A stretch of 64,000 bases of DNA from an uncultured Burkholderiaceae bacterium (GCA_964551305.1 CAZKBT010000008.1:2272-66271); one strand, 5' to 3'. Numbered from the stretch's first letter, positions 54,056 through 63,312 are shown. Program-made: numbers and translations. The notes: a model not told the origin generated them from the sequence alone.

Positions 54056-54946
54056 ATGCCACGTTTATTTCCAGTCTTGATAGGTCTGCTGATCGTATTG
54101 GCGGTGTTGTCCTCATGCGTGTTCATCGTCAGGGAGCGCGATGCGGCCCTGGTGTTCGCGCTGGGCGAAGTACGCGAGACCATCACCACGCCGGGCCTGC
54201 ATTTCAAGCTGCCTCCCCCATTCGAGAACGTCGTGCTGCTCGACAAGCGGCTGCAGACCATAGAAACCAATGATCCGGAGCGCATCCAGACTGCGGAAAA
54301 GAAGAACCTGCTGATCGACTCGTTCGTGAAATGGCGCATCGCCGATCCACGGCAGTTCTACGTCACCTTCGGCGCCAACGATCGCGCCGCCGTCGAGCGC
54401 TTGCAGGCCCAGATTCGCGATGCGCTCAACGCTTCCGTCAACGTTCGGACGGTCAAGGAAGTGGTTTCCAGCAAGCGCGACGCCATCATGCGTGAAGTGT
54501 CGTCCACGGTTGCCGCGCGCGCGTTGCCCCTGGGGGTGGAAGTGGTCGACGTGCGTCTGCGCCGTATCGATTTCGCGCCCGAGATTTCCGAGTCGGTGTA
54601 TCGGCGCATGGAGGCCGAGCGCAAGCAGGAGGCCAATCGCCTGCGCGCGTCGGGCGCGGCGGACAGCGAGCGCATCCGCGCCCAGGCCGATCGCGAGCGG
54701 CAGGAAATCCTGGCCAAGGCCTATGCCCAGGCCCAGGAAATCATGGGCCGCGGCGATGCCGAGGCCGCATCCCTGTACGCGGCGGCCTATGGGCGCAATC
54801 CCGGGTTTTATAGCCTGTACAAGAGTCTGGAAAGCTACCGCTCCGCGTTCTCCGGGGCATCATCCGACACCCTGGTGCTCAGCCCGAAATCGGAGTTCTT
54901 CCGATTCTGGAATGCTTCCGAAGGAAATGTCCAGCCGCAGAACTGA
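54056..54946 (+). CDS. hflC: FtsH modulator HflC
   Basis: N-terminal TM helix and an SPFH/band-7 domain, directly after hflK. Confidence 0.93.
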   Translation: MPRLFPVLIGLLIVLAVLSSCVFIVRERDAALVFALGEVRETITTPGLHFKLPPPFENVVLLDKRLQTIETNDPERIQTAEKKNLLIDSFVKWRIADPRQFYVTFGANDRAAVERLQAQIRDALNASVNVRTVKEVVSSKRDAIMREVSSTVAARALPLGVEVVDVRLRRIDFAPEISESVYRRMEAERKQEANRLRASGAADSERIRAQADRERQEILAKAYAQAQEIMGRGDAEAASLYAAAYGRNPGFYSLYKSLESYRSAFSGASSDTLVLSPKSEFFRFWNASEGNVQPQN

Positions 54947-54981
54947 CGTATTTGCAACAGTTTCAGACGGGTGTTTGCATG

Positions 54982-55010
54982 AGCGGGGCGTGTCGGCGAC
55001 ACGTCCCGCT
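54982..55010 (+). terminator. 13-bp GC-rich hairpin after hflC (weak T-tail)
   Basis: AGCGGGGCGTGTC-GGC-GACACGTCCCGCT with one G-U pair, followed only by TT. Confidence 0.45.
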
Positions 55011-55069
55011 TTCCCTTCGGGGCCGCTATCGTTTATACTAACTCGTAAGTTTGGTTTCAGTTTTTCCGC

Positions 55070-55110
55070 AAAGCGACTTGGCGGGCTTACGCCCCGAGTC
55101 GCTTTTTGTT
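55070..55110 (+). terminator. strong intrinsic terminator in the hflC-hisZ spacer
   Basis: AAAGCGACTTGG...CCGAGTCGCTTT stem with inner GC pairs, followed by TTTTTGTTTG. Confidence 0.7.
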
Positions 55111-55147
55111 TGTCTGGTTCGCCCAATGGGGCGCTTGATACGACTTC

Positions 55148-56314
55148 ATGATGTCAAATTGGCTCTTGCCAGAGAATCTGGCTGACGTATTGCCTGCCGA
55201 GGCCCGTCGCATCGAAGAACTGCGGCGCGATTTGCTCGACTTGTTTCGCACCTACGGCTACGAACTCGTCGCGCCTCCGCTGGTGGAATACATCGATTCC
55301 CTGCTTTCGGGAACGGGCGCCGACCTGAACCTGCGTACCTTCAAGCTGGTGGATCAGTTGTCCGGCCGTACCTTGGGCGTGCGCGCCGACATGACCACGC
55401 AGGTTTCGCGCATCGATGCGCACCTGCTCAACCGAGAGGGCATTACGCGGCTGTGCTATTGCGGATCCGTGCTGCATGCCCGGCCTCAAGGCCTCTTGTC
55501 GGATCGTGAATTGCTGCAGATCGGCGCGGAGATCTTCGGCCATGCGGGCGTCGAAGCCGATATCGAAATCATCGAGCTGGCTTTGGAGTGCGTGCGCCGG
55601 GCGGGTGTTCACAGCGCGCGGGTGGACCTCAATCACCCCGGAGTCGTGCGCGCCTTGGTCAATGCGGATCCGGCGTATGCCGCCATGGCCGACGACATCA
55701 TGGAATTGCTGCGCGCCAAGGACGCTCCGGGCTTGAAGAGCTTGTCCGCCGGCTTGCCCCGGGCCGACGGCGAAATCGGGCAGGCCTTGCTGGTGCTGAC
55801 GCAGTTGTACGGCGACGTGTCCGTGATCGAACGCGCCCGCGCAGAACTGCCCGACGTGCCGGGCCTGTCCGATGCGCTGGCCAGCCTGGATAGCCTGGTC
55901 AAAGCCTTGCCGTCGCATGATTTCAGCGTTGATTTGGCGGACACGGGCAATGGCTACGGCTACCACTCGGGCGTCATGTTTTCGGTCTACGCCGAAGGCT
56001 GGCCTGATGCCTTGGTGCGAGGCGGCCGCTATGACGGCGTCAGCGCATCGTTTGGCCGCGCACGACCCGCAACGGGTTTCAGCCTGGACTTGCGCAAGCT
56101 GTCCGAGGGCTTGCCCGAGCCGCTTCGCGCGCGCGCCATACGCGCTCCCTGGTCCAACGACGCCGCGCTGGTCGAGCAGCTGCGTCAATTGCGGCAATCG
56201 GGTGAAATCGTCGTGCAGTCGTTGCCGGGGCAGCTGCATTACCTGGATGAATTTATCGTGGACCGTGAGCTGGTTTTGGAAAACGGTGCTTGGAAGCTTA
56301 GGGCGATAGGGTAA
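55148..56314 (+). CDS. hisZ: ATP phosphoribosyltransferase regulatory subunit
   Basis: HisRS-like catalytic core without an anticodon domain ([12 protein letters not shown]...). It sits between hflC and purA. Confidence 0.92.
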   Translation: MMSNWLLPENLADVLPAEARRIEELRRDLLDLFRTYGYELVAPPLVEYIDSLLSGTGADLNLRTFKLVDQLSGRTLGVRADMTTQVSRIDAHLLNREGITRLCYCGSVLHARPQGLLSDRELLQIGAEIFGHAGVEADIEIIELALECVRRAGVHSARVDLNHPGVVRALVNADPAYAAMADDIMELLRAKDAPGLKSLSAGLPRADGEIGQALLVLTQLYGDVSVIERARAELPDVPGLSDALASLDSLVKALPSHDFSVDLADTGNGYGYHSGVMFSVYAEGWPDALVRGGRYDGVSASFGRARPATGFSLDLRKLSEGLPEPLRARAIRAPWSNDAALVEQLRQLRQSGEIVVQSLPGQLHYLDEFIVDRELVLENGAWKLRAIG

Positions 56315-56385
56315 TCGAATCTTCGGTCGCTTTATGGCGTTGTGTAAACGTTTGGCCTGGTTTGTTTTGGCCTGCATTTTTCTGA

Positions 56386-57687
<1,302 letters not shown>

Positions 57688-57728
57688 GCGCCGGCGATCT
57701 TCCGATTGTTCGCCCCACGTACCCCCTC

Positions 57729-57754
57729 AAGCCCAGGCCATCCCGCCTGGGCTT
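57729..57754 (+). terminator. hairpin after purA
   Basis: AAGCCCAGG-8 nt-CCTGGGCTT. The downstream T content is weak. Confidence 0.45.
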
Positions 57755-58137
57755 GCGCTTGATCTTTCACTCCATATTGGTAAGATCGACGGGATACCTA
57801 CCTCTTTCCGATAATTCTCCATTTTGTCGATGCTCAGGATAAGCCGCCAACGGCTTCTATTGCGGCAATGCTATGCCGGTCGTGGCCGATACACGGCCGG
57901 CGTATCCCGTTGCGCGAGCAAGAGCTTCGATGCGCTCTATGAGCAGGAACTGGCGTTCCGATCCGCGTGCGCCAGAGCCAAGCCAGGCTGATTTTCCACC
58001 GACGCTTTCTTGAGCAGTACTTCATTCTTTTTCGTCTCAGGCCGTCTCCGGGCGCGTCCGCGCGAGCCGGGTCGCGAGCCGTGACAGCGGGGTTGCCGTA
58101 AAGCGCGCGGCCTCTTAGTGGAAACGATCGTTTTTCT

Positions 58138-59004
58138 ATGCAGCTTACCAAGAATTTCGTCAAGGCCAAGCAGCCTTGCGCGGCGGGCTATCGCTGGTTC
58201 GTCCGGTCCCGCAACGGCGAAGGCGAATACCAGCAATTGCTGGATGACCTGGTCGCCGAAGACCGCATCGAGGATGCGATATGGCTACTGGATCAATTTG
58301 GCCCCACCGACCAGGTGCGCGTACTCGACTTCCTGGATGCCAAGGCCATGATCTTTGCCGGCGACCTGGTGGTCAAGCATGGCATCGACGTCGAAACCAT
58401 CGTCAGGGCGGGGCGCAGCATCAAGACCGAAGGCGGGATCCGCGCGACGGGCAATATCGTTGCCGGCCAGGACGTCAAGGCCGCGGGGGGAATGCGATGC
58501 GACGGCGATTTGCTGGCCGGCGGCGACGTGCATGCGGGGTGGGGCATCGAGGTGGGCAAGACCCTGTCATGCCGCGGCAACGTCAGCGCATCATGGTCGA
58601 TCGACGTCGGCCTGGAACTGACGGTCGACGGAGACCTGCACGCGCACCGCGATATCTTCGCCGGCACGTCGCTCGTGTGCAGGCAGGGTATCAAGGCGGG
58701 CGGCGCCATTCAGTCGGACGGCTGCATTCATGCCGAGCGAGGCATTATCGCGGGCGACGCAATACAGTGCGCGGATTATCTGGATGCGCGCTGGGGCGTC
58801 AAGGCCGGCGGCGACATCACCGCCGGCAGCGCCATTCGCGTGGGAGAAGGAATCGAAACGCCGGGGTCGATATCATGCGGGCCAGGCCATGGCGTTTATG
58901 CCGGCCTGGCCGTGCGCGTCGATGCATGGGACGTGTCCGCCAGGGTCCATGCCGACCGGCGCCCGGATCGATTGCTGAGCGGCTTCTGGGGCGGCCGGCC
59001 ATAG
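58138..59004 (+). CDS. beta-solenoid repeat protein (about ten 18-residue repeats; bactofilin/FapA-like by pattern only)
   Basis: From about residue 69 the sequence repeats every 18 aa (e.g. IVAGQDVKAAGGMRCDGD / LLAGGDVHAGWGIEVGKT / LSCRGNVSASWSIDVGLE / LTVDGDLHAHRDIFAGTS ...). There is no signal peptide. The ~65-aa N-terminal domain is distinct (KAKQPCAAGYRWF). Confidence 0.7.
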   Translation: MQLTKNFVKAKQPCAAGYRWFVRSRNGEGEYQQLLDDLVAEDRIEDAIWLLDQFGPTDQVRVLDFLDAKAMIFAGDLVVKHGIDVETIVRAGRSIKTEGGIRATGNIVAGQDVKAAGGMRCDGDLLAGGDVHAGWGIEVGKTLSCRGNVSASWSIDVGLELTVDGDLHAHRDIFAGTSLVCRQGIKAGGAIQSDGCIHAERGIIAGDAIQCADYLDARWGVKAGGDITAGSAIRVGEGIETPGSISCGPGHGVYAGLAVRVDAWDVSARVHADRRPDRLLSGFWGGRP

Positions 59005-59063
59005 TGTCGGGGAGGGCGCTTCGAGTTCATAAAAGCCCGGGGCCGGCGAGCGATATGCCGCGC

Positions 59064-59633
59064 TCAGGCCGCGATGTCGTCCCGTCTGGGCGGCGTGTTG
59101 AACGGGTCCTGATCGTCCCCGCCGTCGTTGGGTAGCGGAGCCAACGGGGGCAAACCCAGCGCCAGCCGCAGGCGCTGGCAATCGGGGTTGGGCGACCCGT
59201 CGGCCATCCACGTGGTGAATTCCCGGCAAGGAGAGGGGCGCTGTTCGTAGATGGCGCAATGAATGCCGTCCTGGCCCAGCTCGCCGCGCAAGGCAATGCA
59301 TCTTGCTTTTCCGTACTCCGTGCCTTTCATGCAAGCCCTGAGCGGGCCTACCTGCGATACCAGTTCCGCGGGCACGGTGCCGCCGCCTTCGCCCTTGATT
59401 TCCCCGCAGTAGAACGACACGCGAAAGTGAGCGCAGCACGCGCCGCAGCTCAGGCATGGGTTGTAGGACGTGGCGTCGTTGGCGGCATGATCGCCGTTTT
59501 TCAAGCGGGAGCGCGGTTTGCGGCGGAGCGGCGTGATCTGGATTTTCTGGCCGGCCAGCAAAGGCGGATTCGTGTCGGAAGACGCGGGGCGTGCGGCTGT
59601 TTCTTGCAGGAAGAAAGTTCGCGGTGCGGTCAT
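59064..59633 (-). CDS. YkgJ family cysteine-cluster (CxxCxxCC) protein
   Basis: CLSCGACCAHFRV plus further conserved Cys (CIAL, CAIY, CREF). Confidence 0.8.
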   Translation of the reverse strand: MTAPRTFFLQETAARPASSDTNPPLLAGQKIQITPLRRKPRSRLKNGDHAANDATSYNPCLSCGACCAHFRVSFYCGEIKGEGGGTVPAELVSQVGPLRACMKGTEYGKARCIALRGELGQDGIHCAIYEQRPSPCREFTTWMADGSPNPDCQRLRLALGLPPLAPLPNDGGDDQDPFNTPPRRDDIAA

Positions 59634-59764
59634 GATGACAGGGGCTCAATGTATGGAAACCTATTTTAGGGGATTCGGCCGCCGCACGTATGAACTGCGT
59701 GCGAGGCGTTGCGGCGGTTCCACACCCCGGCAGGCGTGTTCGGCGGGACGAGGGGGGCGGGTGG

Positions 59765-60271
59765 TCAGTCAGCGGGAGGCGCCGGCGCGGGAGATGCAGG
59801 AGTATGGGCCAGCAGTACTTTGCCGGCGGCGGCGTAGCATTCGTCTATGTGCTGATTGCACACTTTGCGCAGTATGGCGAAACTGATCCCCGCGGCGATC
59901 ACGCTGCCGGCCAGGGGAATGTACTTGGATGCCGACTTGCCGGCCAGGCGCGTCAATCCGGCGTGCTGCAGGACGCTGATGATGCGTTGGGTGGTCAAGG
60001 TTTTACCGATCAGGCCCGTGCCGGCGCTGACTCCCCCCACCAGTATGATTTTTTGCAGATCGGGACTCAGCTTGTCGATCTGCGTCGGCGACATGCCGAA
60101 TTTTTCGTTGATTTGAGGCAGGATCTTCAGCAGGATCGCCACGTCGGCGCCGATATCGACGCCAGGAATGGGCACGACCGCGGCGGCGGCCGATAGCAAG
60201 GCGCGGTTGCGCACGAGCTTACGGCATTCCTGGCGCACGGTGTCGAGTTCTTGCTGGTTTACCGGAAGCAT
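59765..60271 (-). CDS. DUF697/YcjF-like domain protein
   Basis: VVPIPGVDIGADVAILLKILPQINEKFG followed by a Gly-rich amphipathic segment (recall-level family call). An alternative ATG is at 60304. Confidence 0.6.
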   Translation of the reverse strand: MLPVNQQELDTVRQECRKLVRNRALLSAAAAVVPIPGVDIGADVAILLKILPQINEKFGMSPTQIDKLSPDLQKIILVGGVSAGTGLIGKTLTTQRIISVLQHAGLTRLAGKSASKYIPLAGSVIAAGISFAILRKVCNQHIDECYAAAGKVLLAHTPASPAPAPPAD

Positions 60272-60398
60272 AGGCGTTTCATTTCTGTTGCTCAAGACAC
60301 GCATAGCTTACTACCATTGGACGTATTTTCCCTTGCAGGCGAACACTGCCGGTATCCGCCTGCAAGCGCGCATGGCATTTTTGTTGCCTGATGTGTAA

Positions 60399-60476
60399 AC
60401 ATGGTATATAGTCAAAGACGTTACAAATTTCCGTTTCAAAGGCATACTTGGCGCAGCTTACCAGGGCTATCACTAG
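60399..60476 (+). pseudogene. possible remnant of a higB (RelE/ParE-superfamily) toxin gene
   Basis: A 25-codon open stretch (TWYIVKDVTNFRFKGILGAAYQGYH*) ends 9 nt before the higA ATG. It resembles the HigB C-terminus (W.I.V...R..FRF..G.....Y..YH). An in-frame TAA lies immediately upstream at 60396, and no room is left for a full-length toxin. Confidence 0.35.
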
Positions 60477-60485
60477 GGACCCGCT

Positions 60486-60827
60486 ATGCAAACGCACAAG
60501 CCTGTGCATCCCGGCAGCATTCTAAAAGATTACATCTTGCCGGAACTATGCATCACTGTAACGGTAGCCGCTCGACAGATCGGCATATCGCGCGTGCAGT
60601 TCTCGCGCTTTATCAATGGGCGCGCAGCGGTCACTCCGGATCTGGCCATCCGGCTTTCAAAGTGGATACCAGAGCCCGATGCCATTACATGGCTGCACAT
60701 GCAAGCGGACTATGACCTTTGGCAGGCTCAGCATTCCGGCAAGGACTGGCGGGTGGAGCCGGCCCGCAAGCGTGTTACCGTGCCGCATAAACGGCCGGCC
60801 CCAGCCCCGCAGACAGTGGGCGAATAG
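60486..60827 (+). CDS. higA: HigA family antitoxin (XRE-type HTH)
   Basis: HPGSILKDYILPELCITVTVAARQIGISRVQFSRFINGRAAVTPDLAIRLSKW matches the HigA/VapI HTH pattern. Confidence 0.85.
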   Translation: MQTHKPVHPGSILKDYILPELCITVTVAARQIGISRVQFSRFINGRAAVTPDLAIRLSKWIPEPDAITWLHMQADYDLWQAQHSGKDWRVEPARKRVTVPHKRPAPAPQTVGE

Positions 60828-60857
60828 CTCGAGCTTGCTGGCGCGGTTCGACCACCC

Positions 60858-61307
60858 TCAGTCGGGGCTGTCGTCGCGCTCTTTCAGGGCGCGCGCCTTG
60901 CGTCCCATGATGCCGGGATAGGTTTGCGTTTTTCCCTGGGCGGGATGTCCTTGGTCGCCTTGTCCAGGCTGATCCCGGCGGACGTGGCCGGGAGTATTGT
61001 GAGCGGGGTTGGCATGGCCGGGATTCCTCTTGGTCGGATGATCGGGGTCGTCGATGCCCGAGCTATACCGTCCGGGGCCGGCGGGTTCTTTCTGGCCTGG
61101 GTCCACGTCGTTGCCTGTTTCCGGATCTTGCCGCGCGGGATGTTTCACGTCGACCGGCGCTCGTTCGAGTTCCGGATCGTCGGGGATGCCGGTAATTTTT
61201 TGCTCGTCGGGAATTGCTACCGATTTTTCTTCGGCATCATTGGCCGATCCGGGCGGTGTCGGAGTGCCGGATTGGGCGGGGCGACGCGTTGGCGTGGCGT
61301 GCTTCAT
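60858..61307 (-). CDS. 149-aa low-complexity, predicted fully disordered protein
   Basis: AAGGAA lies 7 nt before ATG 61307. The composition is dominated by P, G, D, E, H, K, T and Q with no hydrophobic segment, and is less Arg/Ala-rich than typical GC shadow ORFs. Confidence 0.55.
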   Translation of the reverse strand: MKHATPTRRPAQSGTPTPPGSANDAEEKSVAIPDEQKITGIPDDPELERAPVDVKHPARQDPETGNDVDPGQKEPAGPGRYSSGIDDPDHPTKRNPGHANPAHNTPGHVRRDQPGQGDQGHPAQGKTQTYPGIMGRKARALKERDDSPD

Positions 61308-61370
61308 GGTCGGTTCCTTTAGTGATGGGGTGTCCGGTCACCAGCAAGCGGCGTGCCCGATCAAAAGCCG

Positions 61371-61865
61371 TCAGGTGTTTCCCGCCAAGGACACATAGTG
61401 GGGTATGCGCCGCAAAGCATAATCCGCGCTTTTCTCGCGGATCTCATTTCGCTCTCCTTCGAACTTGACCGTTTCGCTGAAGAGCAAAAAGGAATCGGAG
61501 CCGGCTTGGCGCAGCGCCCATGCGAAACATTGGGTTCCGGCTGGAATCGTCTCGTCCGTGTCATCGGCCACGCCGGTATTGGCGATGGCCAGCGTGGCAG
61601 GGCTTCGGGACAGGGCGCCGGCCGCCATTTCCCGCGCCACTTCTTCGCTGGTCAGGTTGAAGCGGCGCAGGGTCTCCGGGTCGACGTCCAGGCAGCGCTG
61701 CTTGGCCTGCGGCGAGTAGACGACGAATGCGCAATCGAGCAATTGCCCCGCGCCCCTGGCGTCCGCCAACGTTGCGGCGATCAGGCCGGCGGTGCAGGAT
61801 TCCGCGGTGACAAGCACCACATCGCGGCGGCGCATGAATTGCACGACATCATCCAGATTCCGCAT
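61371..61865 (-). CDS. CinA C-terminal domain protein (PncC-type nicotinamide-nucleotide amidohydrolase family)
   Basis: VLVTAESCTAGLIAATL and NTGVA...GT.CFAW align by eye with E. coli PncC/YgaD. AAGGAG lies 7 nt upstream of ATG 61865. Confidence 0.85.
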   Translation of the reverse strand: MRNLDDVVQFMRRRDVVLVTAESCTAGLIAATLADARGAGQLLDCAFVVYSPQAKQRCLDVDPETLRRFNLTSEEVAREMAAGALSRSPATLAIANTGVADDTDETIPAGTQCFAWALRQAGSDSFLLFSETVKFEGERNEIREKSADYALRRIPHYVSLAGNT

Positions 61866-62349
61866 GTGCTACTCCTTGACGTTTTTGTCTCCGGCGCGTG
61901 CCCGAGGCTGCGCGCGGCGCTTCGGTCAAGATTTGATCTTCGCTGAACCGCACGCCGTTGCCTGTTTGGTATCGACTGGCCGGCGCGAGTTGTTCCAGTA
62001 TGACGCCGCTGTAATAATCGACGGGGGATGCGGGCAGGGCGGTCACGCGCACGGGTATCCATCTTTCGGTCGATTGGGCCGTGAGGCGAACGATGTCTCC
62101 TATCCGTAGCCGGATGGCGCCGGGCGCCCGGTGCGTGTCGCGGTGTCCTACGACAACCCGGAACTCCATCGGGCCATGAATGACGTAGGCGCCGCGTATG
62201 ATGCCATCTGCCTGGCGCAGCCTGTCGACGATGGGCGCGGCACGGGTGTTTTCTTCCGCCCCTTCGAAGATGATCGCGTGCGCCGTGATCTGGTCTTGTT
62301 CGGTCAGGCCCAGCAAGTTGGCTAGAACAGTGAACTGCTGTTCGGTCAT
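61849..62349 (-). CDS. hypothetical 166-aa protein, no family recognised
   Basis: Coding-like third-position GC. Its stop (61849-61851) lies 17 nt inside the cinA-like gene, consistent with coupled translation. No obvious SD. Confidence 0.55.
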   Translation of the reverse strand: MTEQQFTVLANLLGLTEQDQITAHAIIFEGAEENTRAAPIVDRLRQADGIIRGAYVIHGPMEFRVVVGHRDTHRAPGAIRLRIGDIVRLTAQSTERWIPVRVTALPASPVDYYSGVILEQLAPASRYQTGNGVRFSEDQILTEAPRAASGTRRRQKRQGVAHAESG

Positions 62350-62460
62350 ATGTCCATGGTGGGTGTGCGTTGGAAATGCTGTTTGTATGGACAGTGTTTT
62401 AGCATAAAAAGAAAGATGGTTGTGGCATTTGGCGTAATGCTTTTTTGCTTTGGCCTTTGT

Positions 62461-63312
62461 TCATGGCGCCATCAGCAAAGCATCGACAGCCCGCAGCGCT
62501 TCCAATCCATTCATAGTCAAGCTGACATGGCCGGGGTTTCCATGTATGGACGCGTCCTGCGGATTGATGCGTATCACGGGAGCGCGTAGTTCAAATGCAA
62601 GCCGATGGGTGAAATCGCGCGCGGTTGGAATCGCGGTTCCGGCTCCGATCTCGATCACCAGCAGCCGTTCGGCATCGCGCAGCCAGTGTTCCAGCCGTCT
62701 ATGCTGCGTGTAGGTGCGGTGTTCCAGCCATTCTTCATCGCCAAACATGTAAATGTTGGGTCGCGCCAGCCCGCCGCAATGGGGACAGGCAGGCGGTTCG
62801 TTGAGCAGTCGGCAGTTTTCTTCCTCGACCATGGGTGTGAAGCCGTTCGCGGGCCAGATATCGGTGGTGCAGGCATTCAGACATTGCAGGTGATGAATGG
62901 AGCCATGGCATTCGGTGACAAGACCGGCGTCCAAGCCGGCTTTCTGGAAATGTCCGTCGACGTTGCTGGTGAAGGCCGCATAGCCGCACGGACTTTGCCC
63001 GCCCCATTTCTTCAGGATCTGATAACCCTGATGCGGCGTCGTTTGGCGGTATAGTGCAAGACGTTGTCCGTAAAAGCCCCAGGCCAAGTCCGGGTGTCTG
63101 CGGAAGGCGCGCGGCGATGCGATGGAAATGAAATCGATCCGATCGCGTCCGAGCGCGGGGTAGGCGCGCCAGAAACCTTGGTTGCCGCGAAAATCCGGCA
63201 GGCCGGAATCCACGCCCATGCCTGCTCCGGTGACGAATATCAACATGTCCGCACCGTCGAGCAAGCGGGCGGCCCGTTCCAGATTACGTGATTTTTCCAG
63301 TTCGTTCATCAT
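62461..63312 (-). CDS. SIR2 family NAD-dependent protein deacylase (sirtuin)
   Basis: FVTGAGMGVDSGLPDFRG NAD-binding motif, catalytic ECHGS His, and Cys pairs (QCLNAC ... CPHCGG) consistent with a Zn module. 283 aa. Confidence 0.87.
   Translation of the reverse strand: MMNELEKSRNLERAARLLDGADMLIFVTGAGMGVDSGLPDFRGNQGFWRAYPALGRDRIDFISIASPRAFRRHPDLAWGFYGQRLALYRQTTPHQGYQILKKWGGQSPCGYAAFTSNVDGHFQKAGLDAGLVTECHGSIHHLQCLNACTTDIWPANGFTPMVEEENCRLLNEPPACPHCGGLARPNIYMFGDEEWLEHRTYTQHRRLEHWLRDAERLLVIEIGAGTAIPTARDFTHRLAFELRAPVIRINPQDASIHGNPGHVSLTMNGLEALRAVDALLMAP

Noticed and set aside
57755-58137. Minus-strand ORFs 57834-58169 and 57937-58236 and several short plus-strand frames in the purA-downstream spacer; looked for transposase/integrase remnants or an att repeat of the tRNA 3' end.
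   Set aside because: No recognisable protein motifs and no copy of the tRNA 3' sequence. Treated as non-coding or decayed DNA of unknown origin.
62461-63312. Considered calling the SIR2 gene a Thoeris/DSR/SIR2-HerA-type anti-phage NADase effector.
   Set aside because: It has the canonical sirtuin layout (GAG..SG.P.FRG, catalytic HG, Cys pairs for a Zn module) and normal sirtuin length. It has no fused sensor domain and no HerA, TIR, pAgo or SLOG partner nearby. I therefore kept it only as part of a context-based hypothesis.
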